Notes: generated from the letters alone by a model not told the origin. Shown: positions 31,477 to 40,539, counted from the stretch's first letter. The stretch: 64,000 bases of DNA from an uncultured Actinomycetes bacterium (GCA_963750545.1 CAVVQY010000005.1:4881-68880), one strand, 5' to 3'. Made by a program: numbers and translations.

Positions 31477-33149
31477 CGATCCGCACCTCCTCGATGACGG
31501 TGAGGCCCTCGCCAAATTGCATGTTGGGCGAGAGCTGCGGCAGCTTGACCTGCGCCTCCGGCGCGCCCTCGGCGACGCGCTTCTGGCGCAGCGCCTGGTA
31601 CGTCCCGGGCGCGACGCGCTTGAGCACCGGCGGGCCGAGGCGCAGCGACTCGCGCTTCGCCTCGTACTCGATGTTCCGGCCGGAGATCGAGCTGTCCATC
31701 GCCCGCAGGAACGCGCGCTCGCGGTCGGGCGTCATCGCGTCGCCGAGCTCGGCGTAGAACGCGTAGTGCGGCGGGTCGTCCCACTCGACCGCGGCGGTGA
31801 AGTGCTCGACGTCGAAGCCGCCGGAGTCGACGACCTCGACGAGCGCGCCCGTCACCTGCGACTCGGTCAGCTTCTCGCCGGTGATCGACGTCATGCCCTG
31901 GCCCTTGCGGACGAACTGGATCACCGGCGTGTTGCGGTACAAGTCGACCACGCGGACGACGTCGTTGATGTCGTAGCGGTAGAGGCCGGCCGAGCGTCGT
32001 GAAGTAGATGAAGTACTCGCGGTTCGACTCGAGCTGGTCGCAGGTGAGGAACTGCGCGTCGGGGTTGTCGCGCTCCTCCTCGGGGACGAACTCGAAGAAG
32101 TGGCTCGTGACGTTCAGGACGCCCGCCGAGCCGGCGTTGACGAGCGGCGTCGAGCCGCGACCCTCGCTCGCCATGTAGCCGAGGTCGCGGATCGGCGCGT
32201 CGCCGTAGACCTCCGGCAGCTTGCGCAGGTAGAGCGGCATCGTCCCGCCCTTCCAGCAGGAGAGGAGCTGCAGGTTCGGCCAGGCCTCGATCGGGATCAG
32301 CCTGCCGGTCGACCGCGACGATGCGCTGCGAGCTCGTCGGCGCGGCGCGGGTCGGGCTTCAGGCCGGCGCTGAGCTCGGGCGGCGCCCCTTCGGGCAGGT
32401 AGGCCGGGTTGACCGTGCCGTTGCGGATGTCGTCGATCAGCTCGTCGGCGTGCACTGCCATCTTCTCGCCGAGGAGGACCATGCTCGACGGGTTCGGCAT
32501 CACGATCAGGCGGATGTCGGCCGGAAGCGCGTGGCGGAGCGTGAGGTAGTACTTGGCCTCGACGTCCTTGACCTTGCAGAGCTCGTACGGCAGCGCGTAG
32601 AAGCGCTTGATCGCGCCCGGCTGCTGCTTCGTCAGGTAGCCGGAGATCGCGCCGTAGGGGAGGCCGCCTTCGGAGTGGCCCTCGACGTCGTTCGACGTCG
32701 GGACGAGGAACTTGCCGTCGAGCAGGTGGCCGAAGTCGGCGAACATCCGGTAGAGGTGGACGTGGACGCCGTGGCTGTACTCGTGCAGGTAGCTGCGAGG
32801 TCACGGGGATGTACTTCGCCTTGCCGGTCGTGCCGCTCGTCGTCGCGAACATGAGCGGGTCGTCGTCGGTGAGCACGGTTCTTCTCGCCGCGAAGCGTGC
32901 GCTCGATGTACGGCTCGAGCGTCTCGTAGGAGTTCGGCGGCACGGCCTTCTGGTAGTCCTCGATCGAGCGGATCTTGTCGAAGCCGTGCTCGCGCCCGTA
33001 GGCGGTGTCGGCGTTCCGCTTCATCGAGCTCGACCAGATACTCCTCCTGCACCTCGCGGGCCTTCCAGGTCGCGTCGTCGAAACGGTGCGCGTCGCTGAA
33101 GTCGAGGAACGTCTTGATGAAGCGCTGCGATCGGAGACGTCTTCGCCAC
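31463..33149 (-). CDS. GH3-family (auxin-responsive-promoter-like) acyl-acid amido synthetase homologue; frame disrupted as sequenced
   Basis: GTG at 33149 is preceded by GGAGG. FIKTFLDFSDAHRFDDATWKAREVQEEYL and NADTAYGREHGFDKIRSIEDYQKAVPPNSYETLEPYIERTLRGE lie in ORF 32632..33900. The adenylation motif PLMFATTSGTTGKAKYIPVT is in ORF 31473..32876. MFADFGHLLDGKFLVPTSNDVEGHSEGGLPYGAISGYL...RLIVMPNPSSMVLL is in ORF 32297..32746. Next come LQLLSCWKGGTMPLYLRKL and VLNVTSHFFEFVPEEE. The C-terminus is in ORF 31463..31951 (NTPVIQFVRKGQGMTSITGEKLTESQV...). Confidence 0.8.
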
Positions 33150-33154
33150 TCGCT

Positions 33155-34357
33155 CTACCTCCGCCTTCTCGATCGTCCGACTCGAGGCCGTGTGCCGTTC
33201 GAGCACGTCCGGCCTGACACGCACGCCGAGCCCCGGGCCGTCGAGGGGTCGCGCCCAGCCACCGTATCCGGGCAGCACCCGCTCCGCGGTCAGGTCCTCC
33301 TTCAGCAGCAGGCTGCCGCCCGAGCCCTCGACGTAGCGCGGGGAGCCGATCGCGGCCGCGAGATGCCGCCCGGCCGCCGAGAGCAGGCCGCTTTCGCCGA
33401 CCTGGGCGCCGACGACGACGTCGAGCCCGGCGGCCTGCGCGATCTCGTGCGATCCGCATCGACGCGAGCAGGCCGCCGCACTTCGAGACGCGGATGTTGA
33501 AGGCATCGCAGGCACGCGCCTCGACGAGCCGTTCGGCCTCCTCGACGGTGCGCAGCGACTCGTCGACGATGATCGTCTCCGGCACCTCGGCCGTGAGCCG
33601 GGCGAGACCGGCGAGATCGTCCGCAGCGAGCGGCTGCTCGACGGCGCTGATCCCGAACACGCGCATGCGCTCGATCGCCGCCAGAGCCTCGTCGACGCGT
33701 CCAGGCGCAGTTCGCGTCGACGCGGAGGTCGACCGTCGGGCCGAGCAGGCGCCGGAGGATCGCGAGCGAGCGCCAGCTCGCGCTCGAGGTCGTCGCCGAC
33801 CTTGACCTTCACCTGCCGGATGCCGTAGCGTGCTGATCACGCGAGCGAGGAGGCCGACCTTGCGCGGGCTCTCGAACGGCAGCACGGCGTCGTACCGCAC
33901 CCGCGGCGCCGCCTCGCCGCCGAGCCACGCGCTGCACGGAGAGGCCGAAGCGCCGGCCGAAGGCGTCGAGGAGCCCGAGCTCGAGCGCGCAGCGCGCCGC
34001 CGTCTCGAGCGACCCGTCGGGCCCGACGGGCGGCGCCGCCTCGTCGATCGCCGCCTCGAGCTCCTCCGGCGAGGTCGGATCGAGCCCGAGCAGCGCCGGG
34101 ACCTGCCGCTCGGCGAGCGCCGCGAGCGCGCTCTCGACGGTCTCGCCCGTGACGTACTCGCGCGGGACGCCCTCGCCGTAGCCGACGGTGCCGTCGTCGA
34201 GCACGAGCGCGCGTGACGACGTTCGTCGACGAGCTGCGCGCCGCGAGCGCATGACCGAACGAGAAGCGGAACGGCAGCTCGACGGTCGCACGTCGATCGC
34301 GGCGATCGCGCCGAAGTGCGCCGCGACGCGCGCCGCGCACGGCCGGCTCGACGTCAC
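33155..34357 (-). CDS. Enolase-superfamily enzyme, muconate-lactonizing-enzyme subgroup (N-acylamino-acid racemase / dipeptide epimerase / OSBS-like); frame disrupted as sequenced, 3' end uncertain
   Basis: GTG at 34357 (GTGA overlap with the upstream stop). ATVELPFRFSFGHA and LVLDDGTVGYGEGVPREYVTGET form the capping domain. The KxK motif is QVKVKVGDD (ORF 33021..33812). Metal ligands and bases are DLRVDANCAW, ISAVEQPL, IIVDESL and AFNIRVSKCGG (ORF 32632..33900). GLDVVVGAQVGESGLLSAAGRHLAAA follows. Confidence 0.75.
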
Positions 34358-35190
34358 GCCGTCGAGCCAGCCGACGAGGTCGTCCCAGTAGCGCTGCCGA
34401 TCGGGCTCGAAGTCGAGGAGGTGACCGAAGTCGGGGTAGCGCACGTACCGCTTGTCGGGCGACGCGCAGCCGCTCGAACCAGGCGCCGGACGGCCTCGAC
34501 GTCGACGATCGGGTCGCTGCCCGGACTGGAGCAGCAGCAGCGGCACGGCGAGCGCCTCGGTCGCGAGCAGGCGGCGGTCCCAGAGGAACTGCTGGAAGAA
34601 GAAGCGCGGCGGTGACCTCGTGCAGGCTCGAGCGGGTCGTTCCGGATGAACTCGAGGTAGGGCGGGTTCGCCGTGAACAGCTCCGGCTCGAGCGGGATGC
34701 GGATGCGGCGGCCGCGGATCGAGCGAACGCGGCCGGCGAAGACGTTCAGCTTCTCGTTCGGCTCGCAGGTCGACCTTGGCCTTCAGCGCCGGGCAGACGA
34801 GCGCGAGGCCGGCGATCTCGTACCGGTGCTCGAGCGCGTACGCGATCGCCGGGCGCGCGCCCCAGCAGCCGCCGCGAGCACGACCGGCGCGTCCGGGTGC
34901 TCGCGCCTCGCGCGAGCCGGACGAAGCGCCGCACGTCGTCGACGAGCTGCTCCGGCCGCTCGAAGTCGCCGCGCGGCGCGAGGCTGTAGCCCGGAGCCGC
35001 GGCGGTCGGGGAGGTAGACGGCGTAGCCGCGCCGGGCGAGCTCCGCCGCCGTCTCGACGTACCAGGCGCCGTGGCTCTGGATCGCCGTGCAGGTAGACGA
35101 ACGACGCCGCGCGCCTCGCCGGCCGGCGCGAACGAGCCGGTAGGGACAGCTCGAGCCCGTCGTCGCGCGGAGATCTCGAGCGCGGGCCGC
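34354..35190 (-). CDS. Alpha/beta hydrolase (lysophospholipase / monoacylglycerol-lipase-like); frame disrupted as sequenced, start not resolved
   Basis: Hand-stitched fragments are VYLHGIQSHGAWYVETAAELARRGYAVYLPDRRGSG, PRGDFERPEQLVDDVRRFVRLA and ARPAIAYALEHRYEIAGLALVCPALKAKVDL. Further fragments are FTANPPYLEFIRNDPL and PLLLLQSGSDPIVD...PDKRYVRYPDFGHLLDFEPDRQRYWDDLVGWL. They lie in ORFs 34746..36158 and 33809..34546 and in unlisted frames. Confidence 0.6.
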
Positions 35191-35191
35191 G

Positions 35192-36131
35192 TCAGCCGAG
35201 CGCCTCGTCGGTCATCGGGCGCAGCCACGGCAGCGTGCCGGCGATGCGCGGCATCGCCGCCGCGCGCCGCCTCGACGCCGTTCTCGAAGTAGCGGCGCCC
35301 CTCGCGCGAAGTGGCGCAGCTTCGTCGTCGGGACGTGCTCGAAGGACGGCGCGATCGTGATCGCTCGTGACGCCGGCGAGTCGTGCGGCGAGGCGGGTCT
35401 GCATGATCTCGAACGACCGCATGATGACGGCCACCGCCGAGGGCGGCCGGCCCTGCGCAGGACTCGCCTCCGCGAACGTCGTCCGGCATGTCGCGCGGCG
35501 TGACGAGCGCGGACGCCGAGCACGACGTCGGCGCCCATGTCGGCCGCGACCGTGACGCGGGACCGGGTTGAGCACGGCGCCGTCGACGAGCGTGTACGGC
35601 CCATCCGCTGCGCGGGGTAGACGCCGGGAATCGAGATGCTGGCGAGCACCGCGAGCCAGACGAGGCCACGACGCAGCACGACCTCGGCGTGGCTGTCGAT
35701 GTCGGCCGCGACGAGCGCGAGCGGCGTCTCCAGGTCCTCGATCTGGACGTCACCCGGCGACCTTGCGTAGCAGCGACCGGATCCCGGTATTCGAGAGCAG
35801 GCCGCGGCCGGGCAGCGTGAAGCGGAGCATCTGCTCGGCGAACTGGTCGAGCATCGCCACGCCCTCCTCGGCGTCTTGCCCATGGCGTGGAGAGCTGGCC
35901 GCGGCCGCGCCGACGCTCGTCGCCGGCGGCGAAGTCGACCTCGACGCCGGCGCTCTCGAGGCTCTTCAGCACGCCGAAGTGGGCGTAGCCGCGCAGGCTC
36001 CCGGACCCGAGCGCGAGCCCGACCGTCAGGGCCCCTGCCGCAAACTGCCGCCGCTCGAGCCGATCGAGTTCCTCGTCGAGCTCCTCGGGCGGGAGGCCAT
36101 CGAAGATGGACGGTCCGCCGACTACCTGCAT
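35192..36131 (-). CDS. Patatin-like phospholipase; frame disrupted as sequenced
   Basis: MQVVGGPSIFDGLPPEELDEELDRLERRQF..LALGSGSLRGYAHFGVLKSLESAGVEVDF carries the oxyanion GxGxxRG motif (ORF 34746..36158). The nucleophile elbow GTSVGAAAA comes from hand translation. DVQIEDLETPLALVAADIDSHAEVVLRRGLVWLAVLASISIPGVYP is in ORF 35212..35883. The catalytic Asp is in LVDGAVLNPVP. The stop is at 35192. Alternative start at 36158. Confidence 0.75.
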
Positions 36132-36479
36132 CGACCGAAGGTATCGCGCCCGTGACATGGCATCAAATGCGCCAAGCGTTCCTCGGGCCGCGCGCTAGTG
36201 TGGGCCGGTGCTCGCGGTTCCCTGCGGCCTTCCGTCCTACGTCGGTGCCTGGCCACCCGTCGTGGCCGGCGCCGCGATGATCGAGCCGCTGGCCGAGCTC
36301 GCCGGCTCGACTCCCCATTCGGCCTGCGCGTGCGGAGGAGGCGGTCAGTACGGCCGGAGCACCGAGTCTCCCGAGGAACCGCAAGACAAACGCTGATCCG
36401 GGCCCGCTGTCCCTTGCGCGGCCGCGGCCCGCCCGTCATCCTCTGCCAGTCGCCGCTTCGCCCGCACACTCCTCGCCCG

Positions 36480-37864
36480 CACCGCCTGCGTCGACCTTCT
36501 CGCTCCGGGATACGTACTGGCCGCTGACGCTGCTGCTGCCGCTCGCGCTGATCGCGCTCCTGCGCGGCGACTCCCAACATCGACGAGCGGTGGGAGAACC
36601 ACGCCGCACACTTCTGGATCGTCCTGGTAGCCGCGCTCGTCTGCCTGGGGCTCGCGCTCGCGATCAGCGAGGGGGCTCGGCGGCGGCGCGACGCGAGGCT
36701 CCTCCTGATCGGCCTCGCCTTCGTGGTCAGCGCCGGCTTCCTCGGCCTCCACGCCCTCGCAACCCCGACGGTGTTCATCGCCGGGAAGAACGCCGGCTTC
36801 GTGCTCGCCACGCCGGTCGGCCTCATCCTGGCCGGCTGCTTCGCAGCCGCCTCGGCGGTCGAGTACCGGCTCGAGACCTCGCTCTGGATCGTCCGGCACG
36901 GGCGCCTGCTGCTCGCGCTCGTGCTCGCCCTGATCGCAGCCTGGGCCTTGGTCTCCCTCGCCGACCTCCCGCCGCTCCACGAGGCCGTGAAGCCGCAGGA
37001 CGTCGACGCGCCGCTCGGGGCCGTGGCCGCGGTCGGCGTCGTGGCCTACGCCTACGCCGCGTTCGCCTACTTCCGCGTCTACCACCGGCGCGGCAGCGGG
37101 CTCGCCTTCGCCGTCGCGTTCGCGTTCGCGCTCCTCGCCGAGGCACTCGTCATCGCCGTCCTCTCGCTCGCCACGAGTTGGCAGCTGAGTTGGTGGGAGT
37201 GGCACGGGCTGATGGTGATCGGGTTCGTCTCGATCGGCGTCGCCGCCGGGCGGGAGTGGCACGAGGAGCGGTTCAGCGCGCTCTACCTCGACGAGACGCT
37301 GCGGGGGCACAAGGAGGTGAGCGTCCTGTTCGCCGACCTCGCCGGGTTCACGCCGTTCACCGAGAAACACGGCTCCGCCGGGGTGCACACGATGCTCGTG
37401 ACCTACTTCGGCCGGCTCGCGCCGATGATCCGAGACGAATTCGGCGGCGAGGTGGCCGAGTTCGTCGGCGACCAGATCTTCGCCGTCTTCAACAAGGCGG
37501 GCGACCAGCCCGACCACGCGGTCCGTGCCGCGAGGGCAGGTCTCGCGCTACAGCGCGTCGCAGCGGAGATCCGGCCGACCGGGCATCCCGACTGGCCGCC
37601 ACTTCCGCGGTCGGCATCAACAGCGGCGAGGTGCTCGCGGGCGTCGTCGGCGACCGCGGCCACCGGATCCACGGCGTCTTCGGCGACACGGTCAACCTCG
37701 GCTCGCGGCTCGAGGGACAGTCGCCCGTCGACGGCGTGATGATCGGCGCCGCCACCTACGAGCAGCTCCCGCCCGGGCACGGTCGCCGAGCGCCAGCCCG
37801 ACCTGCACGTCAAGGGCAAGACCGAGCCGGTCGTCGCCTACGTGCTCCGAGAGCGTGCCCTCAT
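36480..37864 (+). CDS. Membrane-anchored class III nucleotidyl cyclase (multi-TM N-terminus plus cyclase homology domain) with Glu/Gly at the purine-specificity positions; frame disrupted, start approximate
   Basis: YWPLTLLLPLALIALL...ERWENHAAHFWIVLVAALVCLGLALAIS comes from hand translation. ORF 36723..37739 gives six or so hydrophobic helices, then VSVLFADLAGFTPFTEKHG...GGEVAEFVGDQIFAVFN. The ORF 36590..38269 frame gives VGINSGEVLAGVVGDRGHRIHGVFGDTVNLGSRLEG. The likely stop is TGA 37862-37864, overlapping the next ATG (ATGA). Confidence 0.7.
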
Positions 37865-38269
37865 GACGCGAGCTCGCTCTTCGAGTCGCTCGACTACGTC
37901 TACGTGCCGACCGCGGACGTCGACGCGAGCCGCGCGCCGCTACGTCGACGAGCTCGGCGCGGAGCTCGTCTGGCAAGGTGCGCGGGATGGGAACCGTGGT
38001 CGCGTGCCTGCGCGTCGCGGAGGCCGGCCCGGCGATCCTGCTCAGCGGCCACCTCGAGGGCGACGCGCCGATCCTCGATCTACCGCGTCGCCGACTACGA
38101 CGCGGCGATCGCGCGCCTGCGCGAGGCCGGGATCGGCGACATCCACGAGCTCGAGATCCCGCACGGCCCGTGTGCGAGCTTCGACGTGCCCGACGGGCAG
38201 CGGCTCGCGATCTACGAGCTCACGCGCCCGGGCGCCGCCGACAGCTTCGTCGGCCGCATCGACGACTGA
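37863..38269 (+). CDS. VOC (glyoxalase/bleomycin-resistance/dioxygenase) family protein; frame disrupted as sequenced
   Basis: LFESLDYVYVPTADVD and IYRVADYDAAIARLREAGIGDIHELEIPHGPCASFDVPDGQRLAIYELTRPG..* are in the ORF 36590..38269 frame. YVDELGAELVW (ORF 37842) and MGTVVACLRVAEAGPAILLSGHLEGDAPIL (ORF 37978) also belong to it. Confidence 0.6.
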
Positions 38270-38358
38270 GCAAAGCCGTGTGCACGCTCGATTCGCGGGC
38301 TACCGATCCGGTACGCTCGTCCCCCGTTCAGGAGCATGAGTCAGGAGCAGGAGGAACC

Positions 38359-38677
38359 ATGGACAGCACCATGACCGTCAAGGAATTCTTCGAGGGGTTG
38401 CCGGCTCGCGTCCCGGCCGAGAACACCGCCGGCATCACCAACTCCTACCTCTTCGAGATCAAGGAGGTCGGCACCTGGCTCGTGGCCGTCGACGACGGCA
38501 AGGTGACCGTGACGGAAGGCGACGCGGAGGCCGACGTGCGCATCGGCATGTCCGAGGAGATCTTCCGCAAGCTGATCTCCGGCGAGCAGAACGCAATGCG
38601 GGGCGTCATGACCGGGAAGATCAAGGTCAAGGGCAACATGGGCGCCGCCTCGAAGCTCGGGCAAGATCCTCGGGTAG
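38359..38677 (+). CDS. SCP2 sterol/lipid-carrier domain protein; one frame shift at the extreme 3' end
   Basis: AGGAGG lies upstream of the ATG at 38359. MDSTMTVKEFFEGLPARVPAENTAGITNSYLFEIKEVGTWLVAVDDGKVTVTEGDAEADVRIGMSEEIFRKLISGEQNAMRGVMTGKIKVKGNMGAASKLG is the typical SCP2 C-terminal pattern. Removing one base near 38661 gives ...KLGKILG* (TAG 38675-38677). Confidence 0.7.
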
Positions 38678-38729
38678 ACGCGCCGAAGTCTCGAACACGT
38701 ATCCGCACTCGATCGAAGGGGAACCCGAA

Positions 38730-39143
38730 TTGGCTGAACATCCCAACGTCGCACGGCTTCGCCGAGGCTTCGAGATCCGCACCGGAGGGAACTACGGAGA
38801 CGAAGAGCTGGCATTCATGGACGACCTGTTCGACGAGGACATCTTCTGGCACGGCAGCGGCCACGGCCAGTTCGCCGCCGGAGCGCAGGGGAAGCAGAAC
38901 GTCTTCATGATGTTCGGCCTCGTCGCGGAGGAGACCGGCGGCACGTTCGCGATGACCGTCGACGACATCTACGCCGACGACACGCACGGCATCGTCACGA
39001 CCCACGTCGTCGCCGACCGCAAGGGCAAGCACTACGAGTGGAAGGAAGTCGACATCTTCCATCTGACACCGGAAGGACGGATCAAGGAGTTCTGGGGGAT
39101 CCCGGAAGACCAGGACGCGCTCGACGCGTTCTTCAACGACTGA
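38730..39143 (+). CDS. NTF2-like (nuclear transport factor 2 / SnoaL-superfamily) protein, 137 aa, intact
   Basis: ORF 38730..39143 has a TTG start after GAAGGGG. MAEHPNVARLRRGFE...DIFWHGSG...DDIYADDTHGIVTTHVVADRKGKHYEWKEVDIFHLTPEGRIKEFWGIPEDQDALDAFFND is a clear paralogue of both N-terminal domains of the 39205..40518 protein. Confidence 0.75.
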   Translation: MAEHPNVARLRRGFEIRTGGNYGDEELAFMDDLFDEDIFWHGSGHGQFAAGAQGKQNVFMMFGLVAEETGGTFAMTVDDIYADDTHGIVTTHVVADRKGKHYEWKEVDIFHLTPEGRIKEFWGIPEDQDALDAFFND

Positions 39144-39160
39144 CCACAGGACGGCGGACT

Positions 39161-39187
39161 GAGGGCCGCGCTCTACCGCGCGCCCTC
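39161..39187. terminator. GC-rich hairpin between convergent genes (candidate bidirectional terminator)
   Basis: GAGGGCCGCG-CTCTAC-CGCGCGCCCTC forms a ~10-bp stem with one bulge. It sits between the stop at 39143 (+) and the stop at 39205 (-). There is no U-tract, which I take as usual for high-GC genomes. Confidence 0.35.
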
Positions 39188-39204
39188 AACAGACCGCACG
39201 TCGC

Positions 39205-40518
39205 CTACATCCCGATCTGCCGCACGCCGTACTTCTCGCCGAGCACGCCGATGCTGGAGTAGTCGGATTCGATCCCGTGCTTGGCCGCGATCTCGGCGAT
39301 CCGCTTGAAGTCGGGCGGGCCACCGCTCGAGAGCACGACCGCCATGTCCTCGAGATAGTCGTCGAGCCCGCCCGGCCAGCAGAACTCGATGAAGCGGGCG
39401 GGCGCGTCGGTGTCGTTGAAGATCGTGTGCGGGACGCCCTTGGGCTTGAACGCGAACTGCCCCGCCTTGAACCGGTGCACGTCGCCGTCGAGATAGAACG
39501 ACAGCTCGCCCTCGAGGATGTACGAGGCTTCGTCCTGGTTGATATGCGTGTGGACCGGCGCGAGCAGCTTTCCCGGCGGCAGGTGGACCTCCAGCATCGA
39601 GATCGCGCCGCCGGTGCCTCTCGACGTGAGCAGCGCCGGTAGCCCGAGCGCCGTCTTCGCGGCTTCCAGCTTCTGCTCGGCCGTCCGGTCGTCCGCCCAG
39701 AACGCGTCCCGCTCGGCCTCGTCTTCCGGGATCCCCCAGAACTCGTAGGCCCGGCCGTCGGCGTCCAGGTGGAAGATGTTCACCTCTTTGACGTTCATGT
39801 GCCGATCGGGGTGGTCGGGATGGTCGGCCGTGAGCGTCACGAACGAGGCGGCATGCGTGTCGTCCGCGTAGACCTCGTGAATGTCGAAGAAGAGCGTCCC
39901 GCCGGTCGCCTGCTTGAACATCTTGAACTTGCCGAGCACCTCGTCGATCGTGTTCGTGGGAGGCGCCTTGGCAAACTCGCTCTGGCCGCCCATGTGCCAG
40001 ACGACGCCGTCTGCGAGAAACCGTCCGATCGTGGCCGTGTCGTCCGGCCCGAACTCGCTTCGCTGCCGGGCCTCCTCGGCCGCAAGGAACACGGCGACGT
40101 TTGGATGCTCGGGTACCGGCTCACCCTTCGCGGCGGATTCGGCGATCGCACGGTCCGTCGGAAGTCCCCAGAGCTCGGTGACCTTCCCCTCCGAGTTCAT
40201 GTGCAAGAGGTTCGCCTGCCGCACCTTGCCAACCCCTACCGCCGAGAGCTCCAGCAACGCGGCTCCGTGCTCCCCGTCCGCGTAGACCTCGGCCACGTCT
40301 ATGCTCGGCGCGCCGTCGCCCGCCTTCGCGAACGCGTTCCAGAGCTCGATCACGTCCGCTTTGCCTGTCGCGTCGCCCGAACCGGTCGCGGCGCCGTGCC
40401 AGACGACATCGGCGGCGAAGAGCCCATCGAGCAGCGCCGCGTCATCGCCACTCGTCGTCGCTTCGCGGCGGGCGTTCAGAGCGCGGCGGAGACGCGCCAC
40501 ATCCGGATGCTCAGCCAC
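39205..40518 (-). CDS. Three-domain fusion protein: NTF2-like + NTF2-like + cupin, 437 aa, intact
   Basis: ORF 39205..40518 has a GTG start. Domain 1 is MAEHPDVARLRRALN...VVWHGAATGSG...NLLHMNSEGKVTELWGLPTD. Domain 2 is PEHPNVAVFLAAEEARQ...VVWHMGGQSE...HEVYADDTHAASFVTLTADHPDHPDRHMNVKEVNIFHLDADGRAYEFWGIPEDEAERDAFWAD. The cupin domain is ISMLEVHLPPGKLLAPVHTHINQDEASYILEGELSFYLDGDVHRFKAGQFAFKPKGVPHTIFN. Confidence 0.8.
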   Translation of the reverse strand: MAEHPDVARLRRALNARREATTSGDDAALLDGLFAADVVWHGAATGSGDATGKADVIELWNAFAKAGDGAPSIDVAEVYADGEHGAALLELSAVGVGKVRQANLLHMNSEGKVTELWGLPTDRAIAESAAKGEPVPEHPNVAVFLAAEEARQRSEFGPDDTATIGRFLADGVVWHMGGQSEFAKAPPTNTIDEVLGKFKMFKQATGGTLFFDIHEVYADDTHAASFVTLTADHPDHPDRHMNVKEVNIFHLDADGRAYEFWGIPEDEAERDAFWADDRTAEQKLEAAKTALGLPALLTSRGTGGAISMLEVHLPPGKLLAPVHTHINQDEASYILEGELSFYLDGDVHRFKAGQFAFKPKGVPHTIFNDTDAPARFIEFCWPGGLDDYLEDMAVVLSSGGPPDFKRIAEIAAKHGIESDYSSIGVLGEKYGVRQIGM

Positions 40519-40539
40519 ACCGGTCTCCTGTCCGAGCCA

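Noticed and set aside
36208-36396. A 62-aa ORF (MLAVPCGLPSYVGAW...ACACGGGGQYGRSTES) in the 340-nt gap between the patatin and membrane-cyclase genes. It could be a small Cys/Gly-rich peptide.
   Set aside because: There is no RBS, the composition is odd and no family resemblance is visible. The region may instead hold the unresolved 5' end and promoter of the cyclase gene. The evidence is too weak to call.
35192-37864. A patatin-like phospholipase next to a nucleotidyl cyclase. This resembles CBASS (CD-NTase plus patatin effector) or Pycsar (cyclase plus effector) anti-phage systems.
   Set aside because: The two genes are divergent rather than co-oriented. The cyclase is a multi-TM class III enzyme, not a CD-NTase or a compact Pycsar cyclase. 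The patatin has no visible nucleotide-sensing domain and heads a metabolic-looking operon (hydrolase, enolase member, GH3). No phage, integrase or other defence genes flank it. I keep it only as a remote possibility that DefenseFinder or PADLOC could test on corrected proteins.
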